This document shows, piece after piece, positions 27,099-38,182 of a stretch of DNA of 64,000 bases. The position numbers and the translations under genes were made by a program. The notes under the pieces were generated by a model that searched no databases, had not been told where the DNA came from, and saw only the letters and a list, made by a program, of their open reading frames with translations. The DNA lies in NCBI GenBank assembly GCA_010093815.1, contig ML996582.1. The stretch is one strand, 5' to 3'. The DNA is from Pseudovirgaria hyperparasitica (lineage: Eukaryota). The number at the start of each line of letters is the position of its first letter. The first letter of the stretch is position 1.

Positions 27099-27336
27099 TA
27101 TAATGAGTAAAGACGTAGGATAGTAGTCTAATAGTTCATAGAGAGATATAGGAATATATTTATAGAGTAGTCTTACTCTTATACGAGGTTGATTCCTAAC
27201 GAGTAGGAATCGGTTTATATGGTCTACTTATATAGTAACCTCGCTTAACCCAGCTAACTTATCCTAGCTCTGGCCGCTACGTGGCTATATGGATTAGAAT
27301 AGTCTATATAGGTCCGTTAGGGTTCCCGTCCTAATA
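27099..27336 (-). repeat. E3 5' LTR (238 bp)
   Basis: Repeat of 19313-19550; TATATAAG on - strand at 27227-27234. Confidence 0.95.
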
Positions 27337-29070
27337 GGTATTAACTTTATAGATATACTCCCCACTACGTATAACGGTAATAGTTAGATAATAATAGTAA
27401 TTAACTACGTAACGGGATGGCCTATCGTATAGGTAGTCCCTAAGGCGACCGTAGAGTCCGTCGCGAGGTTTATTTATAAACGAATCTTTATAGATTTTAG
27501 ACCCCCCGCCGCACTAACCTTAGATAACGGTTAGTAGTTTCTATTAAGAGTGGTTAGCGCACTACTACGTATCCTTAAGACGGAATATAAACTTACTACG
27601 CCTTATTACCCTCGTATAAACGGAAAGGTTAAACGCCTTAATAGAACCTTAGAAGGTATCCTTACCCGTATATGTATAGGCGAACTAGTAACTAACTAGG
27701 ATATATACTTACTAGCCGCCGTTTTCGCCACGAGGATCCGACGATATAGAAGTATAGAAGTTAGTCTATATTATCTAGTATATAGATAGTACCCTAACTT
27801 ACTAGGGAATATTCCTAGAGAAAAGGATAAGTTAATATCCTTTAACGAACTTATTAAGTAAGTTAAGAAAGTATAACACGCTAGGACACTAGCGCTAAAC
27901 GAACTACTTATGGAAGCCGCTCGCCGAGACCTTATAGATCCGACTCGGCTTAAACCTAAAGACTAGGCGCGACTACCTATCGGTTAAATCATTTTACTAA
28001 AGAATAAATAGAAAACGAAGTTTAAAACGAACTACTTAGGTCCCTATAAGGTTCATATATAATACCCCTTAGATATATACGCGCTAGAAACACCTAACGG
28101 ACGTATTCTACGATACCTTATATATGGTAATAGACTAATTACGGTAAGAGGCATTAATAAGCTAGATAACTTCTAGACGAGATAGGAGATTAACTTATAA
28201 ATATCTAAGGAAATTAGGAATTAAGTGGCACCTTACTTACTAGATATCGAGAAGGTTTTAGAGAAAGAGAAACCTACCCTATATTAGACGACTCTATCCT
28301 CCCTTCCTAAGAAGGAGTAGAACCGGCTATAGTAGCTACGGAGTTAACGAGAGTTAACGTACGAGGGCGTATATTCGTTCTTAGTAGAGGAGAGCTCGAT
28401 AGACGTAGATATTACGCGTTAAATTAGGCTTACTAATATAAGAAATCGACGTAAACGGAGAGCTACCGTAACTACATTAATCGTACTAGTACTAATCGTT
28501 ATTAACAAACTAAGAAATATACTAGAAGAATAACACGAGAATAGTAGAGTAATATAACTACTAATAATAAATATCGAAGAGAGCTACGATACTCTAAGGG
28601 TAGAGGAAGCCTAAACGATAACTAAGAAACTAATAGATAATCTATTAAACGAGATTAACACGGTAGAGGAAGCCATGATAGAAGCGAGATAGAAAGAATT
28701 ACCTAAAGAAATAAGCTTAGGAGACGAGTTTAATAATACACGAATAGACTTAGATAAGGATGTCTAACTAGAATATAAGAATTCTATAAGTATAGATATA
28801 GACTTAGATATAGAAGAAGTATTAAAGAAGGTTAATAAAGTAAATAAACAACCCCTAACCGACTCGGACTACCCTATATAGAATCTTATAGAAAGCGAAC
28901 CTTATACGCGAAAGAGAAAGCGATTCTATATAGATGAACGTAGTAGAGAAACCTAAGCGGCTATAGCTAGCGCGTTAAGATAAGTTAATAGATTAGAGGG
29001 AGAGAGGTACTCTCTACGGAAAAAGATATTACCTTCGAAGCTATTATAGGAAAGCTTAGAATATAACTAA
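27337..29070 (+). pseudogene. E1 integrase catalytic core and acidic C-terminal tail; end approximate
   Basis: De-RIP GIDF..LPTT, IDY.TGWP, LTSDNG.QF, TTPYHPR.NGKVERLN, YLGPYKV; no chromodomain seen. Confidence 0.88.
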
Positions 29071-29339
29071 CTTTAGTCTTTCCCTAATTATCTCCTTTAT
29101 ATATAGTACTACTAACCCCCTATTTACTTATTTAGAATATATACAGCTATTAAAGAAGATTAACGAGTCTTAGAAATTACTAGGAGGTTAAAGAAAGAAG
29201 ACGTGGACTTATAATAACATTATATAAGTCTAAAATTACTATTTAAGAACCGTAAGACTAAATAGAGATAAAAGAAAGCCGTTAACGCCTTTTAACGCTT
29301 AATAAGATAGAGTATCATTATAAAATAGAAGCCGCCTAC

Positions 29340-31456
29340 TTAGTCCTAGACCTTACGAGTAGAATTTAGTAGATTCTTTATAAATTATACTAATACCTTC
29401 TCGCTCTCCTCGGGCATGCCATCGTTAATTAAGAACTTATATAGTAGCCCTTAAGGCGTGTAGCTAACCTTACTAAACGCGTTTATCGGACGACTAAACT
29501 AATCTTTAACGGCTTCGTTAAGCGGAAGTCCTTTATCTTTAAGGTCCTATATAGAATAAATAGGGATAATACTCGGGTCGGGAGATATAGTATTATTAAA
29601 GCTAGGAACGAGGACCTCCGGACCGCCGTAATACATCTATTCTATTATAGCTATAACCTTTTAATTAGCTAGAGATTATACGAGATATAAATCTAACTCA
29701 CGAGTAAAGGACTAGCCTTAGAGTTTAATCTAGTCTTCTTAAGACCTAATAACTTCTTTTAACGAAGTTTAGTAGCCGAATACTTTCTAGTAGCCTTAGT
29801 TATCTCTATAAATAAAGACTACTCGGTACGTTAGCGCTTTTTAATAATATTACGCTCGCTACGGTATACTATAAGAACGCGTTAAACCTATTAAAAGCCT
29901 TTAACGATATAAAGGAATAACTTATAACGCGATATACTATAGAATTTCCTATTCTCTTAGTGGAAATAGTTTAAATAGGTACCTTTAAATAGTAGGAACC
30001 CGTTAGGAAAAAGCTATATACACTCCCTAAAGATACCTTTACTAGTAGAATAAGAACTATAGGCGCTATCGCTAAAGTACTAGTATACGCCGCGAGCTAT
30101 TATGCCTAGGATAGCCGGAATAGTATAGAGATACGATCTATCTAGGCGTTTCGAAGGATCCCGAAAGATCCCTCCTTCTACTATAATATTCTAAGAATAA
30201 TAGTAGTTACTAAACTTATCCGTTATATAGAACGGAAGTAGATTCTTCGGAATCGAGGCGTGCTAACTACTAGCGTACGCCTTAATAAGGCTATCGATAA
30301 ATTCCTTATAGAGTATTCCGTTAATAGAAGGGTCCGAGAATAGCTACCCTAGGATAAGTTAGCTAACCGTTAAAGATAATTAATAAGATAAGGACTTACT
30401 CTAGTAAGCTAACTACTATATAAACTTAATAGACTTCCCTAAAAAGAAGTAGTAATTAGATCGAACTCGGAGGCCTATATAATCTACTACTTTAATCTTG
30501 GCATTACTATAGCTATTAAGTTTATTTACTATAGGTTACGCTATCGTACTAACCTTATAAGAAGCTATAGACCCCTTTCGCTTTACGGGAGTCTTCTTAA
30601 CGACCTTATTAGGACTTTTAAGGTCTATAATAGCTAGCTTAGAAGTTATAGAGCGAGTTTTAGGGCTATTAAATACCTTTAATAGAGTCCTTATAGTACT
30701 ACGGGTCTTTACTAGAGTCCTAGGTATTCTAGAACGAGAGCCTAGATAAGAATTAGGAACTAGAATCTTAATATAAGACTTAGCGACTTACCTTTCTTAG
30801 TTACCTTAGAAGTAACTATATCGCCGAGCTCGTTAACTTCGATTAACGTATTACTATCGAGGTCTAATAACCTAGAGCTTTCCCTATCTTTATTTTTAGG
30901 ATAGAAAATATTATTAGAGTCTTCCGATAGGTTCGCGAACCGACTAGCTTTTATAGGGGCTTCGAAGGGCTCGTTAAGGGTAATTAATATAGACTCTAGA
31001 CCCGTAACTTTACCTAGAAGATCTATATAGATTAGCGGGATTCTTATGGAAGGGTATATTAAATAAATCACCTTCTACCTTAGGAAGAGGCTCGTTAATA
31101 GCTATTACCGATCCTTAAGAGGCCGGAGCCTTAACTTTAGCCTTAGAGACCTTAGGTTTAAGGCTCTAACCGCCTTCTTCGATTAACTAAGCTAAAGCTT
31201 TATCTTCTAGATCTAGTTCTTAAAAGAATAGCGAACTCTAAGGCCCGTTTAGATATAGATAGCCGTAGGCTATCTTTAAGTAACTCTTACGAACTATATA
31301 GTTAACCTATACTTAAGGAATAAGGTAACTTAACCTACTATCTAGAGTACCTTTATTCGCCGCTAATACTTTATTAAGTAATAACTAGTTAGAATTTCTA
31401 TATAGAGGACCTAAGAAAGCACGACAAAGATCCTCGTTTATAACTATATCCGCTAT
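29340..31456 (-). pseudogene. E1 antisense accessory gene, 6 exons, ~620 aa, DUF3716-like Cys6 domain (RIP-mutated)
   Basis: Introns 31023-31071, 30742-30791, 30349-30399, 29869-29925, 29658-29701, most with GTRAGT-like donors and CTAAY branch points; de-RIP CSSC.TGKGIFRECIQ...KGAC.NCFHQEN.KFCS at 29936-30061; gene ends uncertain. Confidence 0.72.
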
Positions 31457-31838
31457 AGAAAGTTTAAGTTAGAAGGGAAAAAGGTAAAGTTAAAGTTTAT
31501 ATATATAAAATTATAGTATTAATCGGAGTAATTTCTAAGTTTATAGGAGTTTTAGCTATATTATTAGATATTATTAAAAGGAATTAGCGCTGGAAAAACT
31601 AAGGAAAAGATTAAATTAGTTAAGAAATATAAGGTTAAAGGATAGTAGAATATAGGAATAGTAAAGGTAACTATTTAGTACTAAAATAAGCTTAGACTAC
31701 CGCCCTTACGTGACGTATTGCTAATGCGGCCTAGCGCCAAAGAGATTTCACATATCTACCTCCCTATATTATATATTCTAACTCTATTAATCGTCTTTAA
31801 CGGCCTCGTAGAAGCTTATATAATTAGAAGGGGGAAGA

Positions 31839-31971
31839 TGTGGGATTCCTATTAGGTAATCCCCGTTACTTAGATCTTATTTAGCGTTAGGCTGGTATAT
31901 ATAGCACTTAGATAGACTTAGTAGACACGTCAATCAATTTTTGCCACGTCTAATTTACCAAAGTTCCCACA
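31839..31971 (+). repeat. E1 3' LTR (133 bp)
   Basis: TG...CA termini, preceded by PPT, followed by the CACA TSD. Confidence 0.95.
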
Positions 31972-32144
31972 CACAACCCATGCACCCGTCAGCCGCAGCT
32001 ACATTGCCTGTATAAAGCTAGCAGCCGCGCATCGAGATCCCTGCCTGAATGGTTCGATCATTTCCCCTTCTAGACAGTCTAAATGGCACCCTGGGAGGGA
32101 GGGGCCGTCGATCATCATCCACAGTATACGATGCTGACTGCGCG

Positions 32145-33744
32145 CATGCATGGCATGGCATGGCATGACTCGCGAAGCAAAGGCCGTTTCCTTCCGAGGC
32201 CAGGTCGTCGGGACTGAGTGTGGTATGGTTCTATATACCTTAATCCGACGTGGCTGACTGACCGCATTTCTTTCGTCTGTTCATTTAGCATCCATAGAGC
32301 AGCTACCGGCCAATGATGTACTCGGCATCCGTCGATACAGACGTAACGCTGAGCTCATGTTGGCGTGCTTGATATGTTGGCCCAAGCCATGAATGTAGTA
32401 GACTGGCGCCTCGTCGCCAGTAGGTTAGCCATCCATCGAATGGAAGAGCTAGCCAGCATAGAACCACAGTACCGACATCGCAGAAGACAACCATGAAAAA
32501 AGGAAACCCCATGAATCACGAGGGGAGGAGGCACGCCATCCATCCACCCATCTATCCATCCATTCACCACAAAATCCCAGTCAAGCCTAATATCCACCCA
32601 CACACAACACACACACACGCACACACAACACACACACACGCACACACAACACACACACACGCACACACAACACTCACGCGCGCAAACCACAAGATCCACC
32701 CACGCCATGCACAAAAACCCCATCACACCGCAAAACACAAATACACACCTCTCTCAAGCCTGCAGCCAGCCAGTCCATCCATCCATCCTTCATCCATCCA
32801 TACACCCCAAAAGCATAGCTAGCATAGCATAGCATAGCATAGCATCAATCAAACCCGTCCGATTCTCGCAAAACCCGACCGCCAAGCAACACAACCGCCA
32901 AGCAAACCCGCCCCATCTTCCCTCCCTCTCCCCTTCTCTTCTCCGACTCTCCCTACCAAACACCCTACCGAAAAGGGTGGGCGTTCCGGGCAAAAAGCCA
33001 AAAAAGAAAAACATGACAAAAAAGAAACAAATAGTGCACAACCGCGTTTCCGAAGGTATATGTTTTCTTTTTTTTCAATCTCTCGCCTTGGGGATGTGTG
33101 GCTGGCTGGCTGGCTGGCTAGCTAGGGAAGGAGGGTGGAGGTTGGAAAGGATGAGGAAAAAAGAAAAGGATAGAGAATGAGAATGGACTTTTGAAGAGAG
33201 AGAGAGAGAGAGAGGGGGGGGGGGGGGTTCTTTGCCTTGGTTACTTGCGCTTTTGGTACTATGTGATTAATGCTGATTAATGCTAATTAATGCTGCTGCT
33301 GATATTCGGTTTTTCTGTGGTGTTTGTTATAGTTCTTTTTGTGTAGCTCTCTACTTCTCCTTCTCCTTCTCCTTCTCCTTCTTCTTCTTCTCCTTCTCCG
33401 TTCTACATCTTCACCCACCACATAGCATAGTTTTCCCCCAGAGAACAGAGACCACGCACGCCCCAAACACCACAGAGCGAAGTCCGAGACGGCAAACATC
33501 CACCTCTCCTCCTCTCTCTCTCTCTCTTTCTCCCCCAAATAGTACTAACAAATAGGTCGTCGGAAAAGGATAAATCATTTTCTTTTCAAATTCCCTCCCC
33601 CCAAACCCCTACTACCGTAGAATAGTATAAAAAAAAGGGGCCATTGTGCCATGTGTAATTGTATAATTATCATTTGGGTTTCCTTTCTAGCTTTTTTGAT
33701 CGTATCAGTTCAATTCACGCAATCGTTTCTACGACACCATATAT

Positions 33745-33813
<69 letters not shown>

Positions 33814-34000
33814 ACCTGCGTTGCTCGCTACGTCCAGTCCAGCGAGACGCCGAAAAGACACGGTAAGAAAGAAAAGAAAGAAAGAAACCAAGAAAAAAAC
33901 AAGAACGGACCTACCTACCTACCTACCTTTACACCCATCTCTTCTCTACCATCGCCACTTTAACAACCATGCACGGCACGGCACGGCACGCCCCGCACGG
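32145..34000. repeat. Microsatellite-dense intergenic region
   Basis: (GCATG)n ~32150, CA-rich units 32600-32670, (GCATA)n ~32815, (GA)n plus poly-G 33195-33227, (TTCTCC)n ~33355, (AC)n 33749-33812, (CTAC)n, (GCACG)n. Confidence 0.9.
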
Positions 34001-34078
34001 CCAAACGTAAAAGTCAAAACAACGGACTTGCCAGCTACTAGTAGCCACCACCCACCCTATCCGCCCGCCCCAATCAAT

Positions 34079-37000
34079 TCACTCGCCCATCTCCTCATCG
34101 ACCAGAACGCCGCCGCCGCCTTCGCCCTCTCCTCCTCCTCCCGCGCACAACAACCCACCACCACTCCTCCACCCACCAGCCCATCTCCGAAAACAAACCC
34201 GCTTCGCCCACTTCCAAAGCTCGACGCCCAGAAAAAACAGCACCGTCTCGACGAACACGATGCCCCACTCCCACGTAATGCCCGTGTGCTTGAAGACGTC
34301 ATGATTGACGACGGGAATGTAGAGCGTCGGGAAGATGGTCGCGAAGCCTGCGATGATGGCCCAGAAGAGGAATTTGTTGCGTCGCACGTCGTGTATCCAC
34401 TGGGTGAGGAGGTACTTCGTGCTGCTGCTCCTGCCGCCGGGCTGCATGCGGAAGAAGCTGCGGCGCAGGTCCACCATTTCCCAGGCTAGGAAGAGGGCGA
34501 ACCAGGTTAGACAGGCGAAGCAGGTAGCGCGGGCGCGGAAGACGGTGTCGCAGCGGGGGGAGTAGGCGGCGTTGCAGTTTTCGCCGAGGTCGGCGGAGCC
34601 AAAGGCGAAGAGGACGAGGGCGAAGGCGGCGAGACAGAGCGCAGCGATCCAGAGGCCGTAGACGAGCATGTCGAGCAGGATCTCTGGGGTGAAGACGCCG
34701 CGGGTGAGGCGCTGGGGCGGGCGGGCCATGATGTCTGGGGCGGCGCGCTCGAAGCCTAGGCCCATGTCTGGCAGGCCGCTTGTGATCATGATGACCCAGA
34801 TGATTTGGACGGGGGCGAGGGGGAAGACGGAGAGGCCGGAGGAGTCCTTGAATGCGAGGCCGATGAGGAGGGTGCAGGCTTGCGCGATGTTCTCGGCGAG
34901 CAGGTGGAGGATGAATTTCTGGATGTTGTCGAACATGCGGCGGCCTTCTTCGATGGCGTTGAGGATGGAGGCGAAGTTGTCGTCGGTGAGGACGATGTCG
35001 GAGGCGTCTTTGGCGACGTCGGAGCCGGCTTGGCCCATGGCTATGCCTACGTCTGCGCGCTTCAGGGACGGTGAGTCGTTGACGCCGTCGCCGGTCTGGG
35101 AGAGTGAGTGGGTTAGTGGGAGTGCGACAGCAGGAACGGCGGTATAAGACGTACCATGGCGGCAAACTTCTTCCGGCGGTGCAATGCCTCGATCATGCGG
35201 ACTTTTGTGTTGGGGGCACAGCGTGCAATGACGAGAGGTAGGAGTGGAAGAGCATCAATCTCATCGTCAGACAGCCTGTCAAACTCCTTTGCAGTCATGA
35301 CCATCGAGTCTGCAACAGCTCTGGACAGGGATTCCGACCGATGCGGCAGGATCCCAACTTCCATTGCGATAGCTCTGGCCGTCCCGGGATGATCACCGGT
35401 GAGCATGTGCACGTCAATGCCAGCCTTGCGACACTCGCGGACCGAAGCGGCAGACTCCGGTCGTGGAGGATCGTAGAGGCCGATCAGTCCGCGGAATGTG
35501 AGATCTGTTTCGAGTGTGTTGCGGTCAATGTCCTTGTCTGTGTTGATGTCCTGGCCGCAATTACGGCTTGCCAATGCGAGCACGCGGAGCCCCTGGGCTG
35601 CAAGGGCTTCCATGTTTTCCAGGATGTCGTCACGTATGCCGTCAGTCATCTCAGCAGTGCCGTCGGTCTCGTCGGGCATGAACAGAGTGGTGCAAGAATC
35701 CAATAGTCGTTCTACGGCGCCTTTGGTGAACACTGCCATGTCTTGGGTGCTGGTGTCTTGAAACAGGACAGACATCTTCTTGATGTCGGAATCGAACGGA
35801 AACTCTGCAACGCTCTTCCAGCTTGTTGATGATTCGGCAGATGTCAAGGTCGACCTGTTCCACCCGAAACGTGAAGCGAAGACCTGTATGGCAATTTCGG
35901 TCGGGTCACCTCGTGCATGCCACTTGTCCTCGGCGTTCTTGTGGACAGTCGCGAGATTGGCTAGAGATGCGACATTGAGGAATTCTTGCAGATGGATTTC
36001 TGCTTCGACGAAATTCTGGGGTTCGGTGATGTCCTTGCCAGACGCACTGGTCTTTTCGCGCGGTGCCTGTGGAGCGAGAGCGATTGACCCAGCGGTCGGA
36101 TTGTGTGGCTCGCTGGTGTTGTCGATTGAAATGGTGCCGATGGCGGGAATCCAAGCTTTCTTCGCTACCATCTTCCCCTGAGTCAAGGTGCCGGTCTTGT
36201 CGGAGCAGATATCAGTGACAGCACCCAACGCTTCTAGCGACTTGAGGTTGCGAACGATGACATGACGCTCGACCATACGCTTGGTACCGGCGGCCATCGT
36301 GATAGTCAGAACGACAACCAAGGAAGCCGGTATCATACTCAGGCCGGTAGCGACAGCGTAGATGATGACCTCCCGGTTGGACGAGAATCCATTCGCAGCA
36401 AGAACGATGATGGCGCAGATGACGGCAATGCCAAACAACAGGATCGCAAGCCGGGACAGCTTCTTCTGGAGAGGCGTGCCGACGTTGACACCGAGAAAGC
36501 GGCCGACAGCATCGGAAGCAGTCAGAGTGTATGCTTGCGCGAATCGATGAGGGCCAGCTTTGCCCTGGTCATTCCGCTTGACCGGTCGTACTCGCGAGCC
36601 CTTGGCGCGCAGAGCAGCGGCAATTGACCCAATCTCAGTGTGCATTCCGGTGGCAAAAACAATGCCCTTGGCACGGCCTTTGGTCACGGTGGACGAGCTG
36701 TAGGCGACGTTGAGGCGATCGCCAGGGCCGGTGTCGTCGGCAAAGACATCGTGTGCATTCTTTTGAACGGGGAGAGACTCGCCTGTCAGCAGAGCTTCGT
36801 CTGTCTCAAAGTTGAGAGCCTGAACGAGTCTGGGCGTGTGATATATCAGTTCTTGTTCCTGTCAGTCGACTGTATGTCGGGACATGTGCTCACCTGATAT
36901 CGGCAGGAATCGTGTCGCCAGTCTTGAGCTCGACGAGGTCGCCAACGACAATCTCACCGGTCGGAACAACGACGTTCTCGCCCCCTCTGACAGCGCTGGC

Positions 37001-37612
37001 GGTAGGAGAGCTGAGTGATCGCAGCGAGTCCATGGTCTTCTCGGCGTTGAACTCTTGCCAAAAGCCGACGACGACGTTCAGGACGATGACGGCGGTGATG
37101 ACGCCGCCTTCAATGTATGAGCCGATGCCGAAACTGACGGCCATGGCCATAATCAGGACCTAGATGGTTGGATCAGCCCTTCTCTTCAATCGACACCACG
37201 GCAAATGGTACACTGTACTAGAGTCATTGCATTGGCAACCTGCCGGAGCAGGATTTTTGCGGGCTGCACGCCGCCGGCATCGCCCAGTTCATTTCGACCG
37301 TGCTTCTCGAGACGGGTCGTGGCCTCGGTGGGCGACAGGCCGTCGTCTAGGTCGGCCTGTAGTTTGCCTGTGACCTCGTCATAGGTGAGGGCGTGGGCGG
37401 GCCTCTGCAAAGGCCAATTGCCATGGCCTGGGAGTGTGTTTGCAGAGTGCTTTTCTTCAGGCATGAATGGCACTGTGCGATGCTTTTGCTTGGTGTGATG
37501 TGTGGTGGATGAGACAAAGTCAGAGGAGGACGGTACTGCCCACCCACGGCGGGGGCATTACCACTTTTAAATCATTCTCGTCCATATCCGCAGAATCTTT
37601 CGCTCTTGACAT
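34079..37612 (-). CDS. ENA1: P-type IID Na+/K+-exporting ATPase (ENA family), 5 exons
   Basis: DEALLTGES, ICSDKTGTLTQGKM, KGAVER, MLTGDH, TGDGVNDSPSL, TSGLPDMGLG, N-terminal RPAHALT; introns ~37489-37561, 37160-37218, 36830-36893, 35096-35154; first exon less certain. Confidence 0.93.
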
Positions 37613-37625
37613 CTCGATGACGACG

Positions 37626-37740
37626 CTTGGCGTGTAACGATATTCTTGGCGAGTGTGGTCGTGAACGGCTGGACCGGGCGAGAAGGACGAATGGGGGTGG
37701 GCAGGCCAAGGATTCCGCTCGATGTTAGAGGCCTGAGGCG
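37626..37740. promoter_or_regulatory. Clustered putative PacC (GCCARG) and Crz1-like (GAGGC) sites upstream of ENA1
   Basis: CTTGGC 37626-37631 and 37645-37650, GCCAAG 37705-37710, GAGGCCTGAGGCG 37728-37740; ENA genes are known PacC/Rim101 and Crz1 targets. Confidence 0.45.
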
Positions 37741-38182
37741 TCAGAATGAGTGGAGCGCAAGTCTTGAACGGCCCCACCTGAGGTGCCCACATAGTCAAAT
37801 CCATGCCCCCCGCCGCCACTGCAGATCGATCGACATGCAAGCTGCCAAACGGGGGTCTACGTCAGAATAATCTGTTCGGGTAGTAATTATGGCAATAATA
37901 TATAGATCCGTAGCCGGCATCAGGACCGATCGCCACTCATACTAACAGGCATGACCACCTATAATAAAACCTACAGCACACTCGTCATGTTCTAGCAGGA
38001 ATTGGATACAAGAAACACGAGGTAGTCAAAGCTGGTATAGGTCATTGGATCAATGGGTGTGATAAGTAGATGAGATTTTTGAGGATATCACAGTCTAGAC
38101 CACGAGCTAAAGAGGCTGGGAGGAGAAGGCGTACAGCATAGTACAGTACAATACATGTCAACGCAAACAATGATATTCTTCT

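Larger units (their letters stand above)
19313..27336 (-). mobile_element. E3: full-length chromovirus (Gypsy, Tf1-like), RIP-mutated
   Basis: 238-bp LTRs 19313-19550 and 27099-27336; on - strand gag with two CCHC knuckles (~25690-25840), protease VILDS(G), RT YLND 24545-24556, RNase H, integrase, chromodomain FEVDYII...YRI.WK.Y..DEDTWE ~22030-22160. Confidence 0.93.
9868..31971 (+). mobile_element. E1: Ty3/Gypsy LTR retrotransposon, RIP-mutated, outer element of the nest
   Basis: Direct-repeat LTRs 9868-10000 and 31839-31971 (TGTGGG...CCCACA); CACA TSD at 9864-9867 and 31972-31975; polypurine tract AGAAGGGGGAAGA 31826-31838; order gag-PR-RT-RH-IN. Confidence 0.95.

Noticed and set aside
19308..27341. 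GATAT/GGTAT as a 5-bp TSD of E3
   Set aside because: The two flanks belong to different elements on opposite strands and the mismatch is not in a TpG RIP context; likely coincidence or target preference.
30507..30553. Extra candidate intron GTTAGT...TAG (and GTATCT...AAG ~29983-30036) in the E1 antisense gene
   Set aside because: The frame is continuous without them, and the second would remove part of the Cys6 domain.
32303..34489. ORFs with HT/CV/ER/SF dipeptide runs (also 8588-9214)
   Set aside because: Translations of microsatellites, not genes.
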